Source: Octopus sinensis
Lineage: Eukaryota
Direction of reading: 5' to 3'
Assembly (NCBI RefSeq): GCF_006345805.1
Contig: NC_043000.1
Span: forward strand, 84,692,001-84,756,000
Length of the DNA: 64,000 bases
Positions 13,575 through 25,329 of the stretch are shown here, piece after piece; position 1 is the stretch's first letter; each line of letters opens with the position of its first letter. Under the pieces are notes generated by a model that searched no databases, was not told the DNA's origin, and worked only from the letters and a program-made list of their open reading frames with translations. The position numbers and the translations under genes were made by a program.

Positions 13575-14012
13575 TAATCTGTATTTTTGTTATTTTTTAT
13601 TTGCCCTCCGTGTGAGCTAACAATCGTACTGACTTTCATGGGAAATTGTATTTTTGTGGTTGAAACCTTTTGGATTAACTAGTGCTAGAGTGAGCCATAT
13701 AGTGCCCTCTCTTATTTTATTTGTAAAAATATAATATATTATAAATTTATAATAATCCAGGTTTCTCGGAGCACTAGGCCACTTGGTGTTGAATAGATAT
13801 ACTATTAAATTAGTATCTAATTCTCTCACCCTTATTAATTAATTATAATTATGCTGCATTTATTTCTAATGCAGTATTTGTTTCCGTGAAAGTTTGGCGC
13901 GCTGTTATTTGGGGCATTTGAATTATAACGTCGGATGTAATCAATTGACCACACGTGTATTATCGTTATGGTAAAATCATGGCGTGTGATTGAGTGGATT
14001 TCATCCAGATAG

Positions 14013-14094
14013 TTTTGGCTGACGAGCTACAAGTGGATTTTTTTGTAAGTAAAATTACATTTAATTCATTAATAGCGAAACAATTGTCCCAAAA
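14013..14094 (+). ncRNA. Type I hammerhead ribozyme, tandem copy
   Basis: Same fold as 13491-13574, differing only in poly-T length. GUC at 14086-14088. Confidence 0.9.
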
Positions 14095-14879
14095 TAATCT
14101 GTATTTTTGTTATTTTTTATTTGCCCTGTCCGTGTGAGCTAACAATCGTACTGACTTTCATGGGAAACATGTATTTTTGTGGTTGAAACCTTTTGGATTA
14201 ACTAGTGCTAGAGTGAGCCATATAGTGACCACTCTCTTATATTTATTTTATATATATATATATATATATAGGTATATATGTATACATATATTCATACATA
14301 TAAAAATATATATGCATATACATACACACATTCATTTATGTGCATGTGTGTGCGTAGGATTGGGTATGCGTGTATAGAGCTAGTTGTCTGTGTGTATATA
14401 TGCCTATGACATTCTCTTCCCATGTATTCTTTTCCTGAATTATTTATGCACGGTCGTTCCTAATAATTCTCCAACTCACTCTCTTTAATAAATATAGTTT
14501 CTTTGTATTGTGAAGAAATAGTAAAAAGTACATTTTCTCTTCCCACCCCTTCCCCTCTCCACGCATTTTTTTCTTACGTGTACTTATTGCTTTCTTCTTT
14601 CACATACCATTATTCTTACAATAGACGGCAACAGAATTTTCATGCAATGTTGATTTACTGGTGATTTACAGTCTTACCATTTCATCAATCTAACTGTGTA
14701 GACTGATTGACATTTATTTGACTTTGTCCCTTCTGTATCGTTGTAAAGTCACCAATTCCCTTCTCGCTCTAGTTGTAATTATTATTATAGTAGTGAACTC
14801 ATGCATGCTGCTAAGGCTGGGCACTGGGCAGCACTGACCCTTACTATTTAATGGTGCACTCCCAGATTTAGGAAATACA

Positions 14880-15267
14880 GTTTACAAAAATCTTTCCGTA
14901 ATACAAATTAGTGCCCACCCAGAATATTCTGAAATACCCCAGGCACCAAAGTCTGGCGGCGGGCTTTGGTGGGCTTGCAGAATCGTTACGACCTCGGACA
15001 ATATGTCTAGCGGCATTTCCCTCTGTTCTGAGTTCAAATATGAAAATAAGTAGATGAACCGTGGGGTAAATGTAATCGACAAGCCCCAGGTAGATATAAC
15101 CGACTTGCCTCTACCCACCAAATTGCAGGTTTTGTGCCTATAGTAGAAAAGATTATTTGAATTGAAATTCTGCCTAGATCGACTATGCCTTTCATCCTTT
15201 CGAAGTCGATAAAATAATAGCAGTAGAGCACTGGGGTCGATGTAAATAACTTATCCCCTCCCCTAAA

Positions 15268-15270
<3 letters not shown>
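14880..15270 (-). mobile_element. SINE family A, composite, minus strand
   Basis: Reverse complement of the family A body and B box, present twice. Confidence 0.7.
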
Positions 15271-15332
<62 letters not shown>

Positions 15333-15545
15333 GGCGGCGAGCTGGCAGACGTTAACACGCCGGGCACAAAATGCTCAGCGATATTTCGACCGCCTTTAAG
15401 CTCCGAGCTCAAATTCCGCTTAAGTCGACTTTGCCTTTCATCCTTTTGAGGTCGATAAAATAAGTACAGTTAATCACTAGGTCGATGTAATCGACTTACC
15501 CACGCCGCAAAAAGTGCTGGCCTTGTGCCAAAATTTGAAATCATT
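15333..15545 (+). mobile_element. SINE family A
   Basis: GGCGGCGAGCTGGCAGA head, body and (ATT)n tail. Confidence 0.85.
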
Positions 15546-15558
15546 ATTATTATTATTA

Positions 15559-15592
<34 letters not shown>

Positions 15593-16395
15593 TCAAAATT
15601 TTCTTGTGTCTCAGCTCTATGATGGAATTTAGGTGGGTTTATTCTTGGACAATAAGTCACTACCTGTGACTTCAGCTATCTAAGAACTTTCAAATGATCT
15701 TCATCCTTCCTAACATGCTGGTGAGTTTCGTGTAATGTATCTGCTTCCGCAAGCCAATCTGTTTTTTGCCCACGCCTTGACTCTCTTCTTCGTCTTTGCT
15801 AAAGTTCCAATGACAATTGGTGCGGCCTAACTTTTTCTGCAAAGCCACAGTCTGCTTAGCTCTCTCTTCAGGTTCATATATACATCTACCTTGTCGACTT
15901 CGTTTTCTTTTATTTGATACAAGTCTCAAACGGCAGGCCGCATCAATTATGTTATAATTCCGTTCTCTTTTCTCAAACATTATGTTCTAGGACATGATCC
16001 GTTCGGATTAGAAAGCCCCAAAGATGTTTGACCTCATCATTTTCAGTCATGCTGCCTGGGTCCTCAGGGAAGTCCAAACTCCTCACACAGTTTCTAATAA
16101 ATGATCTTTATCATGTCTCCAAGATTTATACTGTTCCTATGCGAGTTTAGAGCATTCATTTACTACGCGGTTTACTTTTTCTTCTGGTTCATCGCACAAT
16201 CTGCACAATGACGATACATTGACTCCTTCCCCTTTGTATTATCTGCGCAGAGGGATTGATCTGAGCAGCCATGTTAAATCCTTGTTTCTTTTCTGAGAAC
16301 CAATTCCTTATTGAACCAATTCCAAGTGCCTTCACTTGGAATTCTTCTCTTTCCGCCTCAGTATTTTTCATAAATTGAGTGTGTGTTTTCCATAC
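15593..16395 (-). mobile_element. R4/Dong-like LINE 3' fragment, decayed
   Basis: AAQ-containing linker (GFNMAAQ) and endonuclease-like FEKRERNYNIIDAAC segment. (ATT)n on both sides. Confidence 0.7.
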
Positions 16396-16451
<56 letters not shown>

Positions 16452-16499
16452 TATTATTATTATCATCATCATCAGTGTTGTTATTATTATTATTATTAT

Positions 16500-16768
16500 G
16501 TGAGAGAGCAGTGCATGCCATCAAAGTGACACTGGGGTAAAATATACGAAGCCCAATATACCCATCATGACTACCCGTCTGATAAGGGTACACCAGGCAC
16601 ATGCATCACAACCATATGTGCGCGACGTGGTGATCTCATATCAAGATAAACAGCACATGACCTTGCAGGTGGGGCCCAGTTAGAATTTTCTTCAGGTTGA
16701 GTAGCCCATCCCGCTCAAAAGGTCCCTGAATAAGGGTTGTTTAAGGATGTTGAAAGAACCACCCATTA
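16500..16768. mobile_element. Interspersed repeat of unresolved family, between (ATT)n arrays
   Basis: GC-richer non-coding block bounded by ATT arrays. Recognised as repeat-like, but it is a single copy in this window. Confidence 0.35.
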
Positions 16769-16789
16769 TTATTGCTGTTGTTGTTGTTG

Positions 16790-16836
<47 letters not shown>

Positions 16837-16858
16837 GTTGTTGTTATTATTATTATTA

Positions 16859-16894
<36 letters not shown>

Positions 16895-17325
16895 GGCGAC
16901 AAGCTTGCAAAACCGTTAGGACACCGGGCAAAATGCTTAGAGGCATTTCACCCGTCGCTACGTTCTGAGTTCAAATTCTGCCGATGTCGACTTTATCTTT
17001 AATCCTTTCGGGTTCGATAAATTAAGTAACAGTGAAACGCTGGAGTTAATGTAATCGACTAGTCCCTTCCAACCAAAAATTTCAGGCCTGTGTCTTTAGG
17101 AGAAAGGATTATTAAGACGGCAAACTTGCAGTACCGCTAGTACTCCGGACAAAATGTTTAACATCATTTCGTCCGTCTTTATGTTCTGAGTTCAAATGCC
17201 ACCGATGTCGACTTTGCCTTTCATTCTTTTGGGATCGCAAAATAAATACCAGTCACACACTTGGGTCGATGAAGTCAACTTACCTCACCCCTAAAATTGC
17301 TGGCCTTGTGCCAAATTTTGAAACC
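16895..17325 (+). mobile_element. Two tandem SINE family A copies
   Basis: Heads at about 16895 and 17117, each with GAGTTCAAAT and a GTCGACTTT..CTTT body. Confidence 0.8.
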
Positions 17326-17361
17326 ATTATTATTACTATCAGTGTTAGTATTAGTATTATA

Positions 17362-17750
17362 CAAAAGCTCCTAGATATTTATTTAATTAGCATGGATATT
17401 CCTGAGCAAATCTTTACAAATCTCATGAATTTTCTTTGAGATTCTTTCAGAATAAATGATGGCACTTCACAGCTAGACGACAATGATTGCCTCAGTTTCA
17501 ATATTCTTCAACCAGTAATAGTAGCAGTTTGGCTGTTGTGCCAGTTATTACAGGAGCAATTGTTGTTATTGTCTTCCCTAATCTCTTGCTCTCTCGGGCT
17601 AGATTCTGACATTTCTCAATTTCCTTAATTTCTTTGCTATCCATTCTACTTTTATATGGTATTGCAAATTCTATTATCTTACACGGTTTGTACTTTCTGT
17701 CCTCTATGAGTATAGCTGGTCTTCTTGCTTAGCCTTATTCGAGCAATCTC
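17362..17750 (-). mobile_element. R4/Dong-like LINE endonuclease remnant
   Basis: Not in the ORF track: ARRPAILIEDRKYKPCKIIEFAIPYKSRMDSKEIKEIEKCQNLARESKRLGKTITTIAPVITG, matching the RLE consensus RPD..ID.A.P..KE.EK..Y..L. Confidence 0.75.
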
Positions 17751-17765
17751 ATAAAATCCTATAAA

Positions 17766-17798
<33 letters not shown>

Positions 17799-17902
17799 TT
17801 AACGTCGTCATGAGCAGCAGTAGTAACAGCAGCAACAACAGCAACAGTAATAGTAGTAGCGGCAGCAGCAACGATAGCAGCAACAGCATCGATAGTAGCA
17901 GT

Positions 17903-17933
<31 letters not shown>

Positions 17934-17934
17934 T

Positions 17935-17965
<31 letters not shown>

Positions 17966-20490
17966 TCTGTTTTTGTCATCGTTTTTCAAATTTTTGGAGT
18001 ATGGAGTTAAATTAAGTGGAAAACTGTTTTAATTAAATTACAATTTCTTCTTATAAAGGTAATTAATTAATTGCTTGTATTTTTTTTTCCGTTTAGGGGC
18101 AAATGCTTTTAATATGCGAAGAAAATATTATCTCCTTAATTCGCAAACAAATAAAATTGCTTCTTCAAGCGGAACGCCCCAGAAAAACTGGAGCCGCAAC
18201 GAACACGTATCTAAAAACGTTAAACGGCGGGGTGGGGGGAGAAGGAAAATGAACAAAAACACTTCATTACAAATCCTGCACTCTTGCACATTTTGTAAGA
18301 AAAGTGACATTTCTGTAGATAGCAACATTCCTGGGATCATTTCTAGCCACAATTTTAGGGACAAAAATAAAAACAAAAACAAAAACAGTAACAACAAAAT
18401 CTGTAACATTCACGCTCACATTTTTCCAAGCAAGAACATTAGCTCTAATGGAAGATGTTTCATCGACATTGCTAAACCCGAACGGTTTGGTGTCAAAATC
18501 AAATCTAGTCAAAGTAAGAGTGTATCTTCCTTGGCTAATATATTTTATAGGGCATGAGGGATGCGATTTATCTCTGCTTCACGAAAACGGAAAAGTGTTT
18601 GGTGTGCCGGCAAAAGAGTAACTAAAGTTAGCCTTGGCCGACTCATGAACTAGTGTGTTCTCACTTGATTAGAGAACATGATAGTTAGTTTTGCCTTCAA
18701 GGCTGAGAGCGAGGTGAAGTGACACGCTGAGCAGGTGAACGACACACCTATTTGTAGGTTGATACCACGCTGCATGGCACAGAGGAATTCAAGAGTTTCG
18801 ATGCGAAACAGTAATCTATGACTTTCTTTCAACTTTGTGGCTTAGTATGGGTAGATGGTGAATGGAAAGGTGATGAAAAGTGAATTGTGATTAGAAGAAA
18901 GTGCTAATGACCCACTCCACAGAAATCTCTGAGCCATTCCGGTGCTGAGTTGTGTCATGGGCGCAATAACAAAAGAAATAAGATTGGCAAAAGAAATGAG
19001 ATTGGCAGTACTAGACAAGCATCCAAAAGTTAAGCTTTGACCCAAATGAGACACTTGTTGGCTTTTTGCCTTGAGGAAGAGGGAGTGTAGCACTCAGGAA
19101 CAGAAAGAGCAACAGCAATCGTAGGTGAATGAGGCTACTCTTTCGACAACGCTGCTGATGCACCAACGGTTTCAACTCCGATGATGGTCGAGGAACCAGC
19201 TTTGTACACAACTCCAGAAACTGAGGAAACAATGGTCCTCTTCTCAGCAGTGCCACCTTATCATTTGATGATGCTGGGGAATAAATTTAGATTGGAGAGG
19301 AGTTTTTTGATGAAGAATGAACGGAAAAGTGTTGTTAAGTAAAAAAAATATGTATATATACCGAAAAATAGTACAAGAAGGATTCCCTTCTACGGAATAA
19401 TATAAGGTTAACGGTCAGCGATTGAGATAGGTGATTCTTACATGAAAGCTGGGCGCTCTGAAATCTAAAAGATTGAAGATATGCTGCATTATAGTGTGTT
19501 GTTAAATACCGCAATCAATGGTCTACAATAACGTCAAACAAGCTTTCCCAGATGATGGTAGATGTTTTCTACATCGTCCAGCACAAAAAATACCTACGAA
19601 CATATCTTGGTCACCTGGTTCCAAAACGATGAGGGGCAAGTAGGCAGAGACGTGGTTTATTTATTTGCTTGTTTGTTTGTTCTTTTTATCATTGATATGT
19701 TTTTATGTCTTATGGCAGTGCTATGGCAGTATCGTTAGAGTGTCGGACAAAATGATTTACGGTTTTAGTTACTGCTCTTTGCGTTATGAGTTTCAATTTT
19801 GCACTTCAGGCTTCCGAAGTCAATTTTGCACTTCAGGTTTCCGAGGTCAATAAAATAAAGACCTGTCTTTAACTTGGTTGGTACAATTGACTACTCCCCT
19901 GCCAAATATTTGTTATCTTAGAAATAGTTATCATATGTTATAATATTATATATCTTATAACAATAGAGCGACGTATATATTGCATATTAAGATTCAATTT
20001 GCAGTATGCAATATAAAATTTTGTTATATGATAAAATTGTAATTTAACATTTTATTCAGAATATTACATTTTATGAAGATTACGATTCACAGCAATATCT
20101 AGATTTTACGCTATTTCACTGAATGTAGCTTAACAGTATTCACATTACATCACTGTTTGCTGCAGATTATAGTTTACGATATTTACAACATATTATAATA
20201 TGATACATGGTAAAGTTTTCACATCAATTATTTACAACAATCTCCTAATGTGCTACACGTTACCCAATGCAGCATGTCACCCTCTTACTGTATCTTGAGA
20301 CTTATCAAATGAATAAATGAATATTTCATCTTATTGTTCTCATAGAAGAGCGATTAAATATACGTAAAGAAATTAATACAAGCACACACACACACACACG
20401 CACGCACGCACGCACACATATATATATATATGTATGCATGTATGTATGTATGTATGCATGTATATATATATATTTATATATACATATATA

Positions 20491-20635
<145 letters not shown>

Positions 20636-20735
20636 CATACATATACCGGAGTAAACACATAAATGTGAAACAAGGTGGAAAAAAGAGTACTCAAATACCA
20701 GTGGTAGAGTAATATGCCTTATTTAAAGCAGCAGG

Positions 20736-20851
20736 AAATTCAACAAAACCTGTTACTCTGAGTTTCCCGTTGCCGTTCATCGGACAGTTTTTGCTAAAAC
20801 TGTCCGATGAACGGCACCGGGAAACTCAGAGTAACAGGTTTTGTTGAATTT
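20736..20851. repeat. Near-perfect palindrome (56-bp arms, 4-nt spacer, 1 mismatch) between microsatellites
   Basis: Arms 20736-20791 and 20796-20851, spacer TGCT. Confidence 0.95.
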
Positions 20852-20854
20852 AAC

Positions 20855-20997
<143 letters not shown>

Positions 20998-21026
20998 GAT
21001 AGATAGATATGTGTATATGTATATAA

Positions 21027-22199
21027 CGCGCCTACAACCTACGAAACCTCTTGGTTCACAGCTTCTTCCGTAACCCAACTTCCCAGCCCGACTCCTTCCC
21101 CTGCTCCCGCCCACCATGCCGCACTTGCCCTTACCTCTCACACCACCTCCTGACCGGCACCAATCATCGACCCTATCACATCACCAACTCCTTCACCTGC
21201 ACTTCTACCAATATCATCTACTTCATCTCCTGCTCTCTCTCTGCCCTTCTCTATACATCCGGCAAACGGGACGCCGCTTGGCTGACCGGTTCGCGGAACA
21301 ACTCCGAGACATCCGAGTCGACAATGACACCCCGGTCTCGTGCCATTTCCACTCTACCGGTCACTCTTTGCAACATCTGTCCGTGTTCGGATTGTCCGTG
21401 CACAGGGAACCTCCAGACTCCCGTTTGCGCCGTGAACAGGGATTAATCTTCTCTCTGCGCTCTTTTGCCCCCATGGGCTCAACTCTCCTCCCCTCTTCAT
21501 TTAAACTCCTCCTCTCGCCTCTCTTCCCCACACACCTACTTCTTCCCACCTACCTCTCTTGCTCCGACTTCTCTTCACTCCTACTGTTCTTCTCTCTTCT
21601 CTTCACTCCTACCCACCTTCCCCTTCATCGTCACCCCTCCCTCGTAAGCCCATCGCACCCCTATACATTCCACCCCACATTCCCTATCCTTCCCCATCCC
21701 TGACACCCACTCCTACCCCAGCTCTACCCCACCCTACGCCTACCCACTTACCACACCTCTACCTCACCCTCAGCCTCACCCACACCCCACCCTTGCTTTC
21801 CTCACTCTTGGCTCCCCCACTTCCCAAACACCATCACACCACACCGCACACCACTACACCATACACCACCATACCACACAACGCATCATATCACAACATA
21901 CCACCACGCACACACCAGCACTGACCAATTCCCATCTCCACATTTTCACACCTACACATACACACACGCACACGTCAAGATCACCAGCCCTCTTCCACAC
22001 GCACATACATGCTCTCTTATACACTCGCACGCGCACCTTTGTTTTGAGATCGCCACTACTTTATTATCTCCCCGTCTCCCTAGCTCTCCTGTGTGACTCT
22101 TCTGTCCGGCATTCGCCACTACACATTCCTTATTTTCTCTCTTTGTTTCTTTCTGTGTTCCTTTCTGTGGAAGAGCGTAGACTCGAAACGCTAAAGATG

Positions 22200-22200
<1 letters not shown>
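21027..22200 (+). mobile_element. Penelope-like element 3' part: linker, CxxC, GIY-YIG endonuclease (frameshifted), 3' region with HHR-like fold
   Basis: RAYNLRNLLVHS..FPCSRPPCRTCPY..FTCTSTNIIYFISCSL / CPSLYIRQTGRRLADRFAEQLRDIR..VSCHFHSTGHSL..RLRREQGLIFSLRSFAPMG. Confidence 0.92.
22161..22196 (+). ncRNA. Minimal hammerhead-like fold with CUGUGGA core (decayed copy)
   Basis: CTTT-CTGTGGA-A-GAGC(GTAG)ACTC-GAA-ACGC-T-AAAG. It has private mutations in stem II and at U16.1. Confidence 0.5.
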
Positions 22201-22232
<32 letters not shown>

Positions 22233-22332
22233 ATGTGTGTGTGCGTGTGTTGTGTGTGTATGTGTGCGTATATGTATGTATGTATATATATATATATGTA
22301 TATACATATATATGTATATACATATATATATG

Positions 22333-22411
<79 letters not shown>

Positions 22412-22724
22412 TTATATGAATATATATACATATATAAATATATGTATAAGTATGTAAATACGCATGTGTATGTGTGTGTGTGTTAGAGGAAAAAGGACAA
22501 CAAAACCTTGTTTTGTTATATTTTTTCCTCTAATATATATCTGCTAACTGTGAAGCCTGTTACAGATCCCTAACTACTGCCTCAGCTGTGAACTTGGAAT
22601 CTAACAGTTAAACAATTATAGCACTTATGCAGCGCACCTATTCGTTTAGGTCACCAGTGAACTAGGCACCTCGTCGTCGTATCGGCGGAGTACCACACAC
22701 ACACACACATATATATACAGTGAA

Positions 22725-23053
22725 GGCGCATGACTCAGTGGTTAGAGCATCGAGGTTACGATCGTGAGGTTGTGAGTTCGATTCTTGGACCAGGCTGCGT
22801 GTTGTGTTCTTGAGCAAGACACTTTATTTCACGTTGCTTCAGTTAACTCAGCTGTAGAAATGAGTTGCGACATCACTGATGCCAAGCTGTATCGGCCTTG
22901 CCTTTCCTTTGGATAACATCAGTGGTGTGGAGACAGCAGGCCAGTATGCATGGACGACTGCTGGCCTTCCGCAAACAACCTTGCACGGACTTGTACCTTG
23001 GAGGGTAACTTTCTAGGTGCAATCCTATGGTCATTCATGACCGAAGGGGGTCT
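22725..23053 (+). mobile_element. tRNA-derived SINE family C, near full length
   Basis: A box TGACTCAGTGG at 22731, B box GAGTTCGATTC at 22774, then GTTGTGTTCTTGAGCAAGACACTTTATTTCAC. Related copies at about 4035, 4405, 11712, 44665 (minus) and 55295. Confidence 0.85.
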
Positions 23054-23195
23054 CCTCATCCTCATCCTCATCATATATATATATAATATACGTTACCCAA
23101 AATTAACTAATAGAAAACAGCTCTACCGTTAGAATTCCCCAGGCATATTTTGCAGACCGGTCTGTATGTTTGTATGTTTGAAATCTAAAGGCTGC

Positions 23196-23263
23196 CCCAC
23201 TGAAGAAAACTGGCCTTCAGCGAATATTTTTTTGCTGAAAATAGTTAGAAACCGCGGTCTGGG
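23196..23263 (+). ncRNA. Type I hammerhead ribozyme candidate
   Basis: CCCA-CTGAAGA-A-AACT..(TTCAGC/GCTGAA hairpin)..AGTT-A-GAA-ACCGCGGT-C-TGGG. GUC at 23257-23259. A.A mismatch at the base of stem II. Confidence 0.7.
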
Positions 23264-23744
23264 AAATAGTTGAGACGGTAAACGTTTTTAATTTTCATTC
23301 TTTTCGTGAATTTATCTTTTTTGTGGTCTTGAGATTTCTACTGCTCTTTCTAGCACAACGCTTTCCTATTTGGAAGCCTCTTATTGTATGAATAATATGA
23401 ATAATATATAGTCTAATGACTAATTCGTTTTTTGTGCTAAGCCACTGGTAATAATAATTTATTATTACCCTATTTTATTATATTGAAATACATACACATA
23501 TGTATATATATATATAATTAATCAATATAGGGTGGCAAAAAATTTTGTAGAATTTTTTTTTTTGCCACCAGCGGCCTAGTGGGAAAAAATTAAATAGTCA
23601 TAGACCATTTTTAAGTTCAACATCACAATCAAGGAACGGCCATAATAGGCCATTCACCCACTAGAAATAACAGCCAAAGCTTCAACCGCAAAATAACATT
23701 AATTCCGTAAACCAGGAGAAAATTAAAAAACATTTACCCTGTAA

Positions 23745-23849
23745 TTTCTTATACGATGCACCGTTTCATCTACTGTTTAATGGTAAACTAACCTGATTAA
23801 ATTAAATCAAGCCAATCTTCCATAGGCCCTTAGAATCGTCAGTAAGAAA
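23745..23849 (-). ncRNA. Type I hammerhead candidate with long branched stem II
   Basis: TTTCTTA-CTGACGA-TTCTA..TAGAT-GAA-ACGGTGCATCGT-A-TAAGAAA. Stem I is 7 bp, GUA site. Confidence 0.7.
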
Positions 23850-24238
23850 TAGCCAGATCGGAACAGATATTTTCACGAGGCATTTCTGTCCCTGCCTCGG
23901 CAATATCTGACCTAAAATTTTCAAATCATCGCACTCGCGCCAAATTTATCGGCAGCAAATAAATATAAGCCGCCGATTCCATTACGGAATTAACCAGAAA
24001 ATTCATAATTAATCAATATAGGGTGGAAAAAAATTTTGTAGAATTCTTTTTTTTTTTGCCACCAGCGGCCTAGTGGGAAAAAATTAAATAGTCATAGACC
24101 ATTTTTAAGTTCAACATCACAATCAAGGAACGGCCATAATAGGCCATTCACCCACTAGAAATAACAGCCAAAGCTTCAACCGCAAAATAACATTAATTCC
24201 GTAAACCAGGAGAAAATTAAAAAACATTTACCCTGTAA

Positions 24239-24343
24239 TTTCTTATACGATGCACCGTTTCATCTACTGTTTAATGGTAAACTAACCTGATTAAATTAAA
24301 TCAAGCCAATCTTCCATAGGCCCTTAGAATCGCCAGTAAGAAA
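24239..24343 (-). ncRNA. Tandem copy of the same hammerhead with core mutation CUGGCGA (A6G)
   Basis: Plus strand reads TCGCCAG at 24330-24336 versus TCGTCAG in the first copy. Confidence 0.55.
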
Positions 24344-24478
24344 TAGCCAGATCGGCGGCTTATATTTATTTGCTGCCGATAAATTTGGCGCGAGTGCGAT
24401 GATTTGAAAATTTTAGGTCAGATATTGCCGAGGCAGGGACAGAAATGCCTCGTGAAAATATCTGTTCCGATCTGGCTA

Positions 24479-24583
24479 TTTCTTACTGACGATTCTAAGG
24501 GCCTATGGAAGATTGGCTTGATTTAATTTAATCAGGTTAGTTTACCATTAAACAGTAGATGAAACGGTGCATCGTATAAGAAA
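24479..24583 (+). ncRNA. Inverted copy of the same hammerhead, intact core
   Basis: CTGACGA at 24486-24492, GAAA at 24561-24564, GTA at 24574-24576. Confidence 0.7.
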
Positions 24584-24704
24584 TTACAGGGTAAATGTTT
24601 TTTAATTTTCTCCTGGTTTACGGAATTAATGTTATTTTGCGGTTGAAGCTTTGGCTGTTATTTCTAGTGGGTGAATGGCCTATTATGGCCGTTCCTTGTT
24701 TGTG

Positions 24705-24741
<37 letters not shown>

Positions 24742-24769
24742 ATATATTATATATATATATATAGGGAGA

Positions 24770-24957
24770 GAATTCACAAAAAAGACAAAATACGAAGACA
24801 GGTGGTGTAGACAACAAACAGATGTATTAGTTTAACGCTCGGGAAGTGTAAAAGTCTTTAAAGTTTCGAGCCTACGCTCTTCCACAGAAAGGAATACAGA
24901 AAGAAACAAGGAGAGAAAATAAGGAATGTGTAGTGGCTAGCGATCTATCATGGCTAT
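24770..24957 (-). mobile_element. Second copy of the PLE 3' end seen at about 22105-22196
   Basis: Shares GCCACTACACATTCCTTATTTTCTCTC..CTTTCTGTGGAAGAGCGTAG in inverted orientation. Flanked by (TA)n. Confidence 0.75.
24856..24891 (-). ncRNA. Minimal hammerhead-like fold with CUGUGGA core
   Basis: CTTT-CTGTGGA-A-GAGC(GTAG)GCTC-GAA-ACTT-T-AAAG. Confidence 0.55.
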
Positions 24958-25329
24958 CATATATATATATTACTTGAATCCTAACAGCTACGGTCAACCA
25001 AATTCACTCGTAATGCATTGATCAGCCCGGGGCTATATTAGAAGACTTCTCCAAGGAGCTGCGTATGGTAATTGAACCGGAAACTATGTTGTTACAAAGC
25101 CTACAATAGACATGTGTGCGTGCGTGTGTGTGTGTGTGTATGTGTGTGCGTGTGTGTATGTGTGTGCGTGTGTGTATGTTTTAAAAAGTAAAAACACACT
25201 CCGTAGTAACCTTCAGTTAGATAGTAAAGTTCCATAGGGTGAGCCATGGCAATATATAGGCTTCGGCCAATATGCATTATCGTATGACCTAATTAATCTT
25301 GTGACTTAGTAATAGCCAACACAAATGAA

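Larger units (their letters stand above)
13301..14245 (+). mobile_element. Non-coding PLE/retrozyme-like element: inverted arm plus tandem HHR-bearing repeats, inside (TA)n
   Basis: Inverted repeat 13301-13487 / 13668-13847. Direct repeats at about 13490-13722 and 14012-14245. (TA)n on both sides. Confidence 0.75.
23514..24706. mobile_element. PLE/retrozyme-like tandem plus inverted repeat element inside (TA)n
   Basis: 23514-23861 is directly repeated at 24005-24355 (period 491). 24351-24706 is the reverse complement of 23622-23977. Confidence 0.8.

Noticed and set aside
18075-19320. 160-aa plus-strand ORF and minus-strand Cys/His peptides (FTCSACH..VRTH)
   Set aside because: The ORF is low-complexity without a recognisable domain. 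The zinc-finger resemblance is broken by stops and frameshifts and could be a decayed retroelement.
22725-22800. tRNA-like A and B boxes, here and in other SINE heads
   Set aside because: No complete cloverleaf, and the boxes continue into SINE bodies, so these are not tRNA genes.
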